DNA of 63,542 nt, counting the filler, from Octopus bimaculoides (lineage: Eukaryota), in the NCBI RefSeq assembly GCF_001194135.2. It is 4 parts of 3 records of this genome, joined end to end, with 100 filler letters (N's around TTAATTAATTAA, not from the genome) between each part and the next. Parts side by side here need not be neighbours in the genome. Positions count along the whole stretch, not along the records: positions 30,091 to 51,995 come from NC_068987.1; positions 52,096 to 61,487 come from NC_069000.1; positions 61,588 to 63,542 come from NW_026406834.1; 1 more part is not named here. One strand, 5' to 3'. This document shows positions 50,680 to 63,156 of the stretch, piece by piece. The position numbers were made by a program, and so were the translations under genes. Position 1 is the first letter of the stretch, and every line of letters starts with the position of its first letter. The notes under the pieces were generated by a model. That model was not told where the DNA came from, did no database searches, and saw only the letters and a list, made by a program, of their open reading frames with translations.

Positions 50680-51069
50680 CCTACCTATCTACCTATCTAT
50701 ACATATATATATATATATATGTTTATATATANNNNNNNNNNNNNNNNNNNNNNNNNNNNNNNNNNNNNNNNNNNNNNNNNNNNNNNNNNNNNNNNNNNNN
50801 NNNNNNNNNNNNNNNNNNNNNNNNNNNNNNNNNNNNNNNNNNNNNNNNNNNNNNNNNNNTATATTTCGTATGTGTATTTCGTGTGCAAGATTCTTGATGT
50901 GGATATGCACATACTTGCATATAAGCACGAACACATAAGTGCGTGCACACGTATGAGCGTGCACACATACGAGCTTGCACACACTCACATGCTCATACCA
51001 AATAGTTTCGAAACAACGCCAAAACAACGCCAGATCATACATTCAAAATAAGTGGAAGTGGAGAGACAA

Positions 51070-51110
51070 GTTACTGAAGAGATTGCAAGAGTGCAATGAA
51101 ATAATTTAAC
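51070..51110 (+). ncRNA. Minimal type I HHR, family 4
   Basis: GUUA-CUGAAGA-G-AUUGCA(AGAG)UGCAAU-GAAA-U(A)A-UU|UAAC. Perfect 4-bp stem I and 6-bp stem II, both core boxes intact, near-loopless stem III. Confidence 0.68.
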
Positions 51111-51955
51111 AAAAAACTATATAAATTAATAAAGGACTGAACCAGTGCGTGTGTTTATTACCGGCATAATGCCTCTCCCAAGGTTTAATTATATATATAT
51201 ATATATACATATTTGTGTGTGTATCTATACATGGCACCGTATATATGAGTAGGTTATACATATTTACATAGGAAACAAGTAATGCACTCAGACCCGAACT
51301 CTGGCACACGTATTCAAACCCACGACTTAGTGTGTTTGTCTGTGTCTGTGTTTTCAGTGACGAACTTTCACAATAGCGCATTTTGTTAATTTATTCCGTA
51401 TTGAAAGCTTTATGTTTGTTTCTCTGATTCGTACACAATGCCCTTGTTTGACTACCCTTCATTCCACTCTATCTAACAGAAACACATACTTCCATCTTAT
51501 GGTAAACAAAGAGCTCTCCAATTTGCAGCGTATAAAAAAAGGCGTTGCTATTGTCGGTCAATATAAATCGATGAATAAACCGTTCTTATCAACCGTTCGT
51601 ACGAGAAGATGATTTACGGTGTACAGAAGTAATCAGTTAAGTAAAGCCATTCTTGTAAAATATCGTGCTGAGGAGAGGAAATCTGTTTGCTAAGGGAAAT
51701 AACTGTGCAAATATAACTGTACTGTTGTATATGTATAGTATTTTCATCGTTTAATCAGTACAGAAAGCTGTACCCATCATATGTTACAGAGCATCCTAGG
51801 GAAGCAGTTAGCAAAATGATAACATAAAACCGGAAATCCGTTCCAAACCTTCGCAAAACTCAGAACAGAGAGTATTCTCTCCGACGCTCTAACAATTCTG
51901 GTGATTCACCGGTTCAGTATATATGTATTTACACATGTATGCACTTCCCCACACA

Positions 51956-51995
<40 letters not shown>

Positions 51996-52095
51996 NNNNN
52001 NNNNNNNNNNNNNNNNNNNNNNNNNNNNNNNNNNNNNNNTTAATTAATTAANNNNNNNNNNNNNNNNNNNNNNNNNNNNNNNNNNNNNNNNNNNN

Positions 52096-52422
52096 ACTCC
52101 GCCAGTTACGACGACGGGGCTTCTAGCAGATCCGATCAACGGGGAAAAGCCAACTCGAGAAATTAACGCGCAAGTGGCTGAACACTCTACATATATGCGT
52201 ACCCTTAACGTAGTTTTCTCTGGGAGACCCAGCGTGACACAGAGATTGACAGGGATGATCCTTTGAAATACAGGTACACCTTATTTTTGACAGCTGAGTG
52301 AACTGGAGCAACGAGAAATAAAGTGTCTTGCTCAAGAACACAATGTGTCTCCGGGAATTGAACTCACGATCTTACGATCGTTAGCCGAATGTCTCTGACC
52401 ACTAACCCACACGGCTTCCCTC
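52096..52422 (-). mobile_element. tRNA-derived SINE family D (near full length)
   Basis: Reverse strand: GCCGTGTGGGTTAGTGGTCAGAG (A box), GTGAGTTCAATTCCCGG (B box), TGTGTTCTTGAGCAAGACACTTTA, tail ...GTCGTCGTAACTGGCGGAGT at the gap. Confidence 0.8.
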
Positions 52423-52425
52423 GTG

Positions 52426-52458
<33 letters not shown>

Positions 52459-52475
52459 ATACACACACATACATA

Positions 52476-52606
52476 CAGGAGGGACTTCTTTTAGTTTTCG
52501 TCTCACAAATTCACTCACGAGGCTTGGATGGGTCCCAGGTGCCACCACGTAGCATTGAAACCGAAACTATGCAGTTGACAAGCAAACTTCATACAGTCAT
52601 GCCTGC
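52476..52606 (-). mobile_element. SINE family A, degenerate 5' half
   Basis: CTTCTTTTAGTTTTCGTC...CACTCACGAGGCTTGG...GGTGCCAC...CCGAAACTATG. Confidence 0.65.
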
Positions 52607-53032
52607 ACGCACACACACACACACACACAAACACACACATACACACATATATATGTATGTATGTTTGCATGTATGAATATATGGATGGATATATGTATGT
52701 AAGCATATATTCATGCTTGTGTGCTCTATGTATGTTATATATGTATACATGGATGCTTATATGTATGTGTATATGCATGTACGCATACATGTATGTATTC
52801 ATGCATATATATGTCAGCATGTACGTGTGCATGCATGTATGTATGAATGTATGCATACATATGTATGTATGTATGTATGTATGTATGCATGTATGTATGT
52901 ATGTTTATCCTTATTTTCCAATCTATCTTCGTCTCAATCTCGCTTTTCTCACAAAATCTCCCCGACCACTTCCCTGCATCTCCATAACACTGTGTTCACT
53001 CTTCATCACTTCTCAATCCCACCCACCCCTTA

Positions 53033-53097
<65 letters not shown>

Positions 53098-53331
53098 CTT
53101 ATGTCTAGCTCTTCTTTTTCTCTCTTTCTATACACCCTAATATATTCACTATTGCTTATCATACGGTTTTGCTCCGCTCTGCTGAATTACAACGTATCAA
53201 CTCTTGTCTCGGGACCCGTTACATACACACGAACAAACACAGCCATGTTCATAAAGAACAACGGGAAAATATACAGCTTCCGTGATATACACGCATATGT
53301 GCCTTTATGTATCTACTATATATGTGCGTGA

Positions 53332-53365
<34 letters not shown>

Positions 53366-53396
53366 CTGTCTGTCTGTGGGTGGGCGTGTATGTATA

Positions 53397-53528
53397 CGAG
53401 GTGGTATCAAAAAGGTCCCGGACTAGTTATGTCTAATAAAAAATAACTCCCTCGAAACAGTCACCTTGCGGGAGCAATACGCCGGTCACAGCGTTCCTGC
53501 TACTTTTGGAATCCGGCCTGGAAGTTGT
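53397..53528 (-). mobile_element. Tc1/mariner element end (TIR plus transposase C-terminus remnant)
   Basis: TA then TIR-like CGAGGTGGTATCAAAAAGGTCCCGGACT. Reverse strand reads NFQAGFQK*QERCDRRIA-[fs]-QGDCFEG, resembling the mariner C-terminal GIxKLxERWxKCI..GDYFE. The rest is lost in a gap. Confidence 0.78.
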
Positions 53529-54188
53529 NNNNNNNNNNNNNNNNNNNNNNNNNNNNNNNNNNNNNNNNNNNNNNNNNNNNNNNNNNNNNNNNNNNNNNNN
53601 NNNNNNNNNNNNNNNNNNNNNNNNNNNNNNNNNNNNNNNNNNNNNNNNNNNNNNNNNNNNNNNNNNNNNNNNNNNNNNNNNNNNNNNNNNNNNNNNNNNN
53701 NNNNNNNNNNNNNNNNNNNNNNNNNNNNNNNNNNNNNNNNNNNNNNNNNNNNNNNNNNNNNNNNNNNNNNNNNNNNNNNNNNNNNNNNNNNNNNNNNNNN
53801 NNNNNNNNNNNNNNNNNNNNNNNNNNNNNNNNNNNNNNNNNNNNNNNNNNNNNNNNNNNNNNNNNNNNNNNNNNNNNNNNNNNNNNNNNNNNNNNNNNNN
53901 NNNNNNNNNNNNNNNNNNNNNNNNNNNNNNNNNNNNNNNNNNNNNNNNNNNNNNNNNNNNNNNNNNNNNNNNNNNNNNNNNNNNNNNNNNNNNNNNNNNN
54001 NNNNNNNNNNNNNNNNNNNNNNNNNNNNNNNNNNNNNNNNNNNNNNNNNNNNNNNNNNNNNNNNNNNNNNNNNNNNNNNNNNNNNNNNNNNNNNNNNNNN
54101 NNNNNNNNNNNNNNNNNNNNNNNNNNNNNNNNNNNNNNNNNNNNNNNNNNNNNNNNNNNNNNNNNNNNNNNNNNNNNNNNNNNNNNNN

Positions 54189-54554
54189 GTATATCTCTGT
54201 ATATCTCTGTATAATTTATACACGTATATGTTCAGATATATATATACATGTGTGCGTGAGCTGGGGTAGGCTCTAGGTGATTGTAATCTGTTATGTGTGC
54301 GTACGCATATATATATATATGTGTGTGTGTAGCCTATGAATTACTCACTTCACCAACATAACACCATGCACAACTGAAATAATTTATTCGCTAAAAGATC
54401 ATACACAGAACAAAATATGTGTATATCTCTGTATATCTCTGTATAATTTATACACGTATATGTTCAGATATATATATACATGTGTGCGTGAGCTGGGGTA
54501 GGCTCTAGGTGATTGTAATCTGTTATGTGTGCGTACGCATATATATATATATGT
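54189..54554 (+). repeat. Identical 134-bp direct duplication (54189-54322 = 54421-54554)
   Basis: Exact match; the first copy starts at a gap edge. Confidence 0.92.
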
Positions 54555-56736
54555 AAGTTTGTGTATGTATGTGTGTATGTATGTATGTATGGAAACACGA
54601 GTGTATATGGGTGTGTATATGTGAATATACATTCGTTTTAAATGTGCGTGTGTATTGAAGCATATGGCTGGTTTAGACGGATTAGTTATATAGTAAAATG
54701 CTTCCTAGATATCTGAAGCTACCATGTTAAACTACCGAACGTACAAGTAATTATACAACCGTTATGAGGGTAGATACCACCCGCTAGGGGAAAACACTGC
54801 ATTGGTGCTGGGACGGGGTTGAGGTACACACACAGAACAACAACATCAACAGCAGCAACATGGAATTTTTTCTGAAGATTCTTGCACTTTTTCTTCGTAT
54901 TCTCTCTTATTTTTGTTCGCATTTTTCATTTATTATATTATTATTTTTTTATTTGAATTATATTATTATTTTAAACGTTTTTCATTTTTTTTTTTTGTTA
55001 CTTTAGTTTTCTTTTTTAACTCAACAAACCATATTTGAAACGACGGAGAAGGAAAACATCAGACTGTGTGGGGAAAAAGTTAGGAAAAAAAACAAAACAA
55101 AAAACAAAATATAAATAAATAAATAAATAAATAAATAAGTGGGGATAAAATTGAGGAAACGAAAGAAGGAAGGAAGTAAAGAAGTAAGGAAGGAAAGAAA
55201 AAGATGGTTATTTCGTTTAAATTTAGATTAGGTTTTATTCCCTCCTACTCTTCCCCACTNNNNNNNNNNNNNNNNNNNNNNNNNNNNNNNNNNNNNNNNN
55301 NNNNNNNNNNNNNNNNNNNNNNNNNNNNNNNNNNNNNNNNNNNNNNNNNNNNNNNNNNNNNNNNNNNNNNNNNNNNNNNNNNNNNNNNNNNNNNNNNNNN
55401 NNNNNNNNNNNNNNNNNNNNNNNNNNNNNNNNNNNNNNNNNNNNNNNNNNNNNNNNNNNNNNNNNNNNNNNNNNNNNNNNNNNNNNNNNNNNNNNNNNNN
55501 NNNNNNNNNNNNNNNNNNNNNNNNNNNNNNNNNNNNNNNNNNNNNNNNNNNNNNNNNNNNNNNNNNNNNNNNNNNNNNNNNNNNNNNNNNNNNNNNNNNN
55601 NNNNNNNNNNNNNNNNNNNNNNNNNNNNNNNNNNNNNNNNNNNNNNNNNNNNNNNNNNNNNNNNNNNNNNNNNNNNNNNNNNNNNNNNNNNNNNNNNNNN
55701 NNNNNNNNNNNNNNNNNNNNNNNNNNNNNNNNNNNNNNNNNNNNNNNNNNNNNNNNNNNNNNNNNNNNNNNNNNNNNNNNNNNNNNNNNNNNNNNNNNNN
55801 NNNNNNNNNNNNNNNNNNNNNNNNNNNNNNNNNNNNNNNNNNNNNNNNNNNNNNNNNNNNNNNNNNNNNNNNNNNNNNNNNNNNNNNNNNNNNNNNNNNN
55901 NNNNNNNNNNNNNNNNNNNNNNNNNNNNNNNNNNNNNNNNNNNNNNNNNNNNNNNNNNNNNNNNNNNNNNNNNNNNNNNNNNNNNNNNNNNNNNNNNNNN
56001 NNNNNNNNNNNNNNNNNNNNNNNNNNNNNNNNNNNNNNNNNNNNNNNNNNNNNNNNNNNNNNNNNNNNNNNNNNNNNNNNNNNNNNNATACATATATATA
56101 CATATATATGTGTATATATGCATATACATATATGGGGAAGCGAGACATTTTATACATCCAGCGAAAGTAAGAGAGAGGGGGAGGGAGAGAAGGGGGGAGA
56201 GGGGGGAGGAAAGGAAGGGACATGTGTGAGACTGTTGCAGGAATTGCCTCCCAGACTCGTATTATTTTCGTTAATTTATTAATGTATACCACCATGCATT
56301 TACGCTAACATATATGTATATGTGCGTATGACTATGGATATAATTATCTATGCATCTATATGTTTGCCTACATGTACGGGTGAGTGTGTATATGTGTGTG
56401 TATATGTGTGTGTGTATGTGTGTGNNNNNNNNNNNNNNNNNNNNNNNNNNNNNNNNNNNNNNNNNNNNNNNNNNNNNNNNNNNNNNNNNNNNNNNNNNNN
56501 NNNNNNNNNNNNNNNNNNNNNNNNAGGCTCACATTGCTTCTTGATCAGGGTTGATCTCTGGGATAAACGACAACAACAACAACAACAACAAAATACACAT
56601 ATACAGATATGAACCGACGAATATATAGACAGTTGTACGTAAACATATTTAGAAAGCAGTTTTCATTTTTGCTAAATATTTCATTAATCTCACGACTATA
56701 TTCTTTCAATATTACCCAGATATTATTTTTGTTATC

Positions 56737-56810
<74 letters not shown>

Positions 56811-56874
56811 ACTCATACACGTACTGTTGTTTCTGCTGCTACTAATATATTATTATTAGCAATTATTAATCAAT

Positions 56875-57187
56875 TACTGGGGTCGATGTAATCAGCTAAT
56901 CTCATTTACCTAGAATTGCTGTTCTTGAGCCAATAACAAAAAGAATTATCATTATTATTATTATTATTAGACGTCGAACTGGCAGAATAGTTAGCGTGCC
57001 GGATGAAATGTCTAGCGGCATTTCATCCGCCTTTACATTCTGAGTTCAATTCCACCGAGGTCGACTTTGTCTTGTATCCATTGGGGGTCAATAAATTAAG
57101 TACCCGTGAAACACTGGGGTCGATGTAATTGACTAGTCCCCTCCCACAAAATTTCAAGCCTTGTGCCTTTAGTAGGTAGGATTATTA

Positions 57188-57237
<50 letters not shown>

Positions 57238-58500
57238 GCATTGAGGTGGCAGAATTGTTAGCACGCCCGATAAAATGATTAGGTGGCATTCCGTCCGTAC
57301 GTCCTGAGTTCAAATTCCACCGAAGTGAACTTTGCCTCTCATCCTTTCAGGGTCGATAAAGTAAGTACCAGTCGAGCCCTACTAATGAATCGATGTAATT
57401 CACTAGCTCCCTCAGATTACAATTACCTTTTATTAATTGAAAATCTTTGAAAACTTGAATGATTCATACGAACAGAAAGCCGGTTGAGGATTGGTAGAAT
57501 TAGCAGAATTATTGCTTACAGTGCCGGCCAAAATTCTGTTGTTGTTTTTAATAATGTCTGACTTTAGTAATTTCCCCGTATTTGACTTTCTTTTCATCTT
57601 TCGGAGGTCGATAAGTAAGGTACAAGTAAACATACCGCAGTCGATGTGATATGCTTTACTCTGCTCCAAAATTTTCTGAGCTTATGTCTTATGTTAGAAA
57701 TAGATTAATGGATTGGTTGAACAAACGCTGTAAGGCATTCCTTCCGGTTCTTTAAAGCCCGAGTTTAAATAAGGCCGAGATCAAGTTTACCTTTCAGCTC
57801 GCCGAGGTCGATGAAATAAGATGCCAATCAAGAACAGTAGGTAGGCTGATTTTTTTTGAGTATTGTGTAGGAAGGAAGCCTTACGATATGTGTTCCGGAT
57901 TTGTGTATTACGATTTCAAATCCCGTCCTGTCACCGAAAAACGGTGACGCTTCTATCGATAAAATAAAGAATTTATGGTAAATTAGAATACCAGGGTTCG
58001 ATTCAATTGAATAATATTCCCCCAAAATTTGAGGTGTTGTCTTGTAATTAAGGTATGAATTTGTATTAGTATGATAACAAAGACGCAGGCGGTGAGCTGG
58101 CAGAATCGTTAGCAGCCGGGAAGGAAACGCTTAGAGGCGAAATGTTTAGCATCTGTCTTCACGTTGAGAGTTCAAATACCGCCAAGATCCCCTTTGCCTT
58201 TCATCCTTTCGAGATCAATAAAATAAGTACCGGTTGATCACTGGAATTGATGTGATCGTCTTACCCCCCTTCCCCGCTATAGCTAGTTTTGTGCCAAAAT
58301 TTGAAACCAATATGATAACAACGAAGCATTTATTGAAACTGACCAAATTCTTAGAGAACAGAACTAAATTCTTTAGTGTATATCCCCTGCTGGGACCTAT
58401 AGCTTCTTTTCTATTCCGATATAAATAGGAAACAGTCAAATGCGGGCTCTTAATTTTCCTTCCCCAAAATTACCAGCTTTGTGCCTACAATAAATATCCT
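56875..58500 (+). mobile_element. Cluster of about 7-8 co-oriented SINE family B copies and fragments
   Basis: Tail at ~56878; heads or cores at ~56970, ~57241, ~57490-57700, ~57720-57840, ~57950-58050, ~58086-58315; tail at ~58460. All on the + strand, several separated by (ATT)n. Confidence 0.8.
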
Positions 58501-58525
58501 CATTATTTTAGGAATGTTAAACACA

Positions 58526-58807
58526 ATCTTTTTTGTTTTTACCGTTTGTTGTTCAGGGAGATAAGAGCAGCTTCCACGATCTTCAGTTTATTTATTTATG
58601 TATTTTTGCCAGGGCGTCCGGTAAACCTGATGGCAAGTGAGGTGGAATTTATCCGGAAATAGGTACAGGCGTGGTTGTGCGGTAAGAAATTTGTTTCCCA
58701 GCTACATGGTTCCGGGTTCAGTCCCACTGCGTGACACCTTGGGCGAGTATCTTCTACTGTAGCCTCGGGCTTACCAAAGCCTTGTGAATGGATTTGATAT
58801 ACGGAAA

Positions 58808-58850
<43 letters not shown>

Positions 58851-59348
58851 TATATACTGTGTATATATAATATATATGTATATACATATTAAATATATAT
58901 ATTATGTATATATTGGTATCCGAAACTCGGAGTTTTATCATGGCTATTGNNNNNNNNNNNNNNNNNNNNNNNNNNNNNNNNNNNNNNNNNNNNNNNNNNN
59001 NNNNNNNNNNNNNNNNNNNNNNNNNNNNNNNNNNNNNNNNNNNNNNNNNNNNNNNNNNNNNNNNNNNNNNNNNNNNNNNNNNNNNNNNNNNNNNNNNNNN
59101 NNNNNNNNNNNNNNNNNNNNNNNNNNNNNNNNNNNATCTTTTTTGTTTTTACCGTTTGTTGTTCAGGGAGATAAGAGCAGCTTCCACGATCTTCAGTTTA
59201 TTTATTTATGTATTTTTGCCAGGGCGTCCGGTAAACCTGATGGCAAGTGAGGTGGAATTTATCCGGAAATAGGTACAGGCGTGGTTGTGCGGTAAGAAAT
59301 TTGTTTCCCAGCTACATGGTTCCGGGTTCAGTCCCACTGCGTGACACC
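58526..59348 (+). repeat. Identical 213-bp duplication across a gap (58526-58738 = 59136-59348)
   Basis: Exact match until ...GTGACACC inside a family A SINE, after which the two SINE copies diverge. Confidence 0.92.
58666..58810 (+). mobile_element. SINE family A, 5' half
   Basis: CAGGCGTGGTTGTGCGGTAAG...CCGGGTTCAGTCCCACTGCG...ACGGAAACTG. Confidence 0.87.
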
Positions 59349-59500
59349 CTGAGCAAGTGTCTTCTACTATAGCCTCGGGCAGACCAAAGCCTTGTGAGTG
59401 GATTTGGTAGACGGAAACTGAAAGAAGCCCGTCGTATATATGTATAAAGGCGGTGCTCCGGCATGGCCGCAGTCAAATGACTGAAACAAGTATAAGAGTA
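59276..59500 (+). mobile_element. SINE family A with central deletion
   Basis: Head through GAAGCCCGTCG is joined directly to the AAGGCGGTGCTCCGGCATGGCCGCAG tail. Confidence 0.88.
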
Positions 59501-59963
59501 TACATACATATTAAATACATATATTATGTATATATTAATATATATATATATATATATATATTGGTATATGTTGAAACGCACAAATATGTATGCATTGCGT
59601 ATGCTGACGTTTATATATGCTGATTAGTTAGTTGGAGTATCTTATTTGACTAAATGTATAAAATATGTGTTAAATCATATAGCATATAAAAAGATACGAT
59701 AGAATTTACAGAATTACTGGACCATCCTTGAATGTGTCGTAACAAATTAAAAACTATTAGGTCGTTGAGGTCGGTATAGCACATGATGCTACGTATGAAC
59801 CCGAAGCACGCATGAGAGCGGTTCCGTTCGGCTACGTCATGTAAATATATAATCAGCATGTTTCGCATAATTCATATTCATTTCTTATGACGTCAGCAAA
59901 ATATGTGCGTCTATATGTGTATGAGTGTGCGTGATTGTGTGTGTGCCTGTATGTGTGTATGTT

Positions 59964-59999
<36 letters not shown>

Positions 60000-60289
60000 N
60001 NNNNNNNNNNNNNNNNNNNNNNNNNNNNNNNNNNNNNNNNNNNNNNNNNNNNNNNNNNNNNNNNNNNNNNNNNNNNNNNNNNNNNNNNNNNNNNNNNNNN
60101 NNNNNNNNNNNNNNNNNNNNNNNNNNNNNNNNNNNNNNNNNNNNNNNNNNNNNNNNNNNNNNNNNNNTATATATAATGTATGTATGTATGTATGTTTATT
60201 ATGTGTGTAGATAGATATACATATAAATAATACATACATACATACATACATACATGCATACATATATACAAAATAACTTCTTATATTAA

Positions 60290-60445
60290 ACTTTACTATT
60301 TTCTTCTATTTAACTATCTCATATCGTCTCTGATGATGCGATATCTTTTATATCCCTGAAACAGCTGTAAGACTATTCTTCGCTTTATAAAATGTCCTAG
60401 AAATATCACACTGCCTTGGCTTTGTTGTTTAATTTGCCTGAAGAT
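60290..60445 (+). mobile_element. Solo diverged copy of the family 2 HHR element (one arm of 7730-8025)
   Basis: Shares TTAAC..TCTCA.A.C.TCT, the HHR, TTATAAA(A)TGT.CTA and CAC.GCCTTGG with the palindrome arms. Confidence 0.78.
60326..60373 (+). ncRNA. Minimal type I HHR, family 2, intact core
   Basis: GUCU-CUGAUGA-UGCGAUAU(CUUUU)AUAUCCCU-GAAAC-AGCUGUA|AGAC. Canonical CUGAUGA and GAAA, palindromic stem III ACAGCUGU, GUA triplet, stem I GUCU/AGAC, two stem II mismatches. Confidence 0.82.
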
Positions 60446-60594
60446 TCTACTAGAATAGATGCAAGCACAAATATATGATTTATAAAAACATATGACATAT
60501 TAATAGAAATCTGTACATGTACACCCATCCAGATCTCTGAGTACCTTATTATTTTTTTCTAATATATAATACCTGTACATCACTTCCAAACCTA

Positions 60595-60629
<35 letters not shown>

Positions 60630-61799
60630 TTTATATATATATATATACAAGCATTCATGCGCGCGCGCGCGTGCGTATTTGATGTCATAAGAATTTTATA
60701 AAATTGAGAATATTACAAAATTCTTTTTGGAATAATATTTCTCGAAGCGCATCACCTTGCGTGGGTGTATACGAATGTGAGCGTGTGTGTATGTATATAT
60801 ACGTGTGTATTATACATACAAGCATGCACGAGCGCACACACACACACATACACGCACAAGCCTATATACATACATATCTATATGTGTGTCTGTGCCTGTG
60901 AATGTGTCGGCGCTTTGTGCCTCCCCTTTTACTCCATCCCTCTCTATCTCTGTCTATCTATGTCTCTGTCTCTATCTGTCTCTCTCACTTTCTCCCTCTC
61001 TCTCTCTCTCACACTGCTTCTATCTCTGTTCCTTTCTTTCACACCTCGGCTATCTCCTTCCTCCTCGGCACATCCAATTTCCTTCTCATCCTGGCATCAG
61101 CCGTTACAATTCTGTTTCTGTTTAACAAGTTGGCGGTATGAATCTCTCATTAAATATGCCAATGGCGACCTACATGTAGGTACGTGTGCGTCACTGTGTG
61201 ACAGTGTGCATACGTATACGTAAGTATGTGCGCGTATGTGACTATTAGTGTGTGCGTGTGTTTATTGGAGCGGGTGACTTTTCGCCACATAGCCAGTTAT
61301 ATGCTGACAGCGTATACACGCTTTACTGGAACAAATAAAGGTGCATTGTTTGGGGCTGCTTCATCACCGGGACACTGAACCTCAAATAACCTACAGCAAC
61401 CAACCTTTGGGATCTTTGACCGCCTCCAAGAAATATATATGTCATATATCTAGTATAACACAGACATATGTATATATATATATATATNNNNNNNNNNNNN
61501 NNNNNNNNNNNNNNNNNNNNNNNNNNNNNNNTTAATTAATTAANNNNNNNNNNNNNNNNNNNNNNNNNNNNNNNNNNNNNNNNNNNNTATATGTGTGTGC
61601 ATACAACACACACACTTATACACTCATATATAGGATATATGCAAACATATGTTAGTGTATGAATATATATTGTTGAGTATAAAAGTGTGTATGTACGTAC
61701 ATGCGGGTCTCCCCCTCTCTTCCACAATCTCCCATTGATACAGTACACACAGACACACACACGCATACACGCACATATACAAACATACGTTACTGCCTT

Positions 61800-62380
61800 T
61801 CAGTGAGTACTCTTTCACTCTGTCTACCTGTTGATCTTATTTCCTCCTACTTTCTCTGACAAACAATAGGCCAGCCTCTCCCTCTCCCTCTTCTGCAGTA
61901 TCATACTTCTGTCACTTCCTTCCCCTCTCTCACTGATATTACTCTTTCACCGTCTTCCTCTCTCCCTCTCTCTCTATTTCTGTCAAATATTCATACCTTT
62001 GCCACACTTTCTTTCTTTCTCTCTCTCACTAACTTTTACTATTTTACTACTTTCTTACCCCTCCCCCTCTCTTTCTTACTCACTCACTCACTCACACATA
62101 TTACCTCTCCCTCATAATGTTTTCTCCCCTTCTCTCTCTCTCATTCACTCATGTTCTCTTCCTCTCTTTTCACTAACTTTACTATTTCGCCTTCACTCTC
62201 TCTCTCTCTCTCTCTCTCTATCTCATTCATTCATTATTTTATATCCCTCTCGCATTCATTATGTTATTTCAATCTCTCTTTCTCCCTCCCTCCCTCTCTC
62301 TCATACTCGCTGCTCATTTTTACCGCCCTTTCATCTCCCTCTCTGTCAATCTATTCATGTTTTCTCTGACTCTCTCCCTC

Positions 62381-62418
<38 letters not shown>

Positions 62419-62455
62419 CATCCATCCATCCATCCGTCCATCCATCCATCCATCC

Positions 62456-62509
<54 letters not shown>

Positions 62510-63109
62510 ATATATANNNNNNNNNNNNNNNNNNNNNNNNNNNNNNNNNNNNNNNNNNNNNNNNNNNNNNNNNNNNNNNNNNNNNNNNNNNNNNNNNNNN
62601 NNNNNNNNNNNNNNNNNNNNNNNNNNNNNNNNNNNNNNNNNNNNNNNNNNNNNNNNNNNNNNNNNNNNNNNNNNNNNNNNNNNNNNNNNNNNNNNNNNNN
62701 NNNNNNNNNNNNNNNNNNNNNNNNNNNNNNNNNNNNNNNNNNNNNNNNNNNNNNNNNNNNNNNNNNNNNNNNNNNNNNNNNNNNNNNNNNNNNNNNNNNN
62801 NNNNNNNNNNNNNNNNNNNNNNNNNNNNNNNNNNNNNNNNNNNNNNNNNNNNNNNNNNNNNNNNNNNNNNNNNNNNNNNNNNNNNNNNNNNNNNNNNNNN
62901 NNNNNNNNNNNNNNNNNNNNNNNNNNNNNNNNNNNNNNNNNNNNNNNNNNNNNNNNNNNNNNNNNNNNNNNNNNNNNNNNNNNNNNNNNNNNNNNNNNNN
63001 NNNNNNNNNNNNNNNNNNNNNNNNNNNNNNNNNNNNNNNNNNNNNNNNNNNNNNNNNNNNNNNNNNNNNNNNNNNNNNNNNNNNNNNNNNNNNNNNNNNN
63101 NNNNNNNNN

Positions 63110-63156
<47 letters not shown>

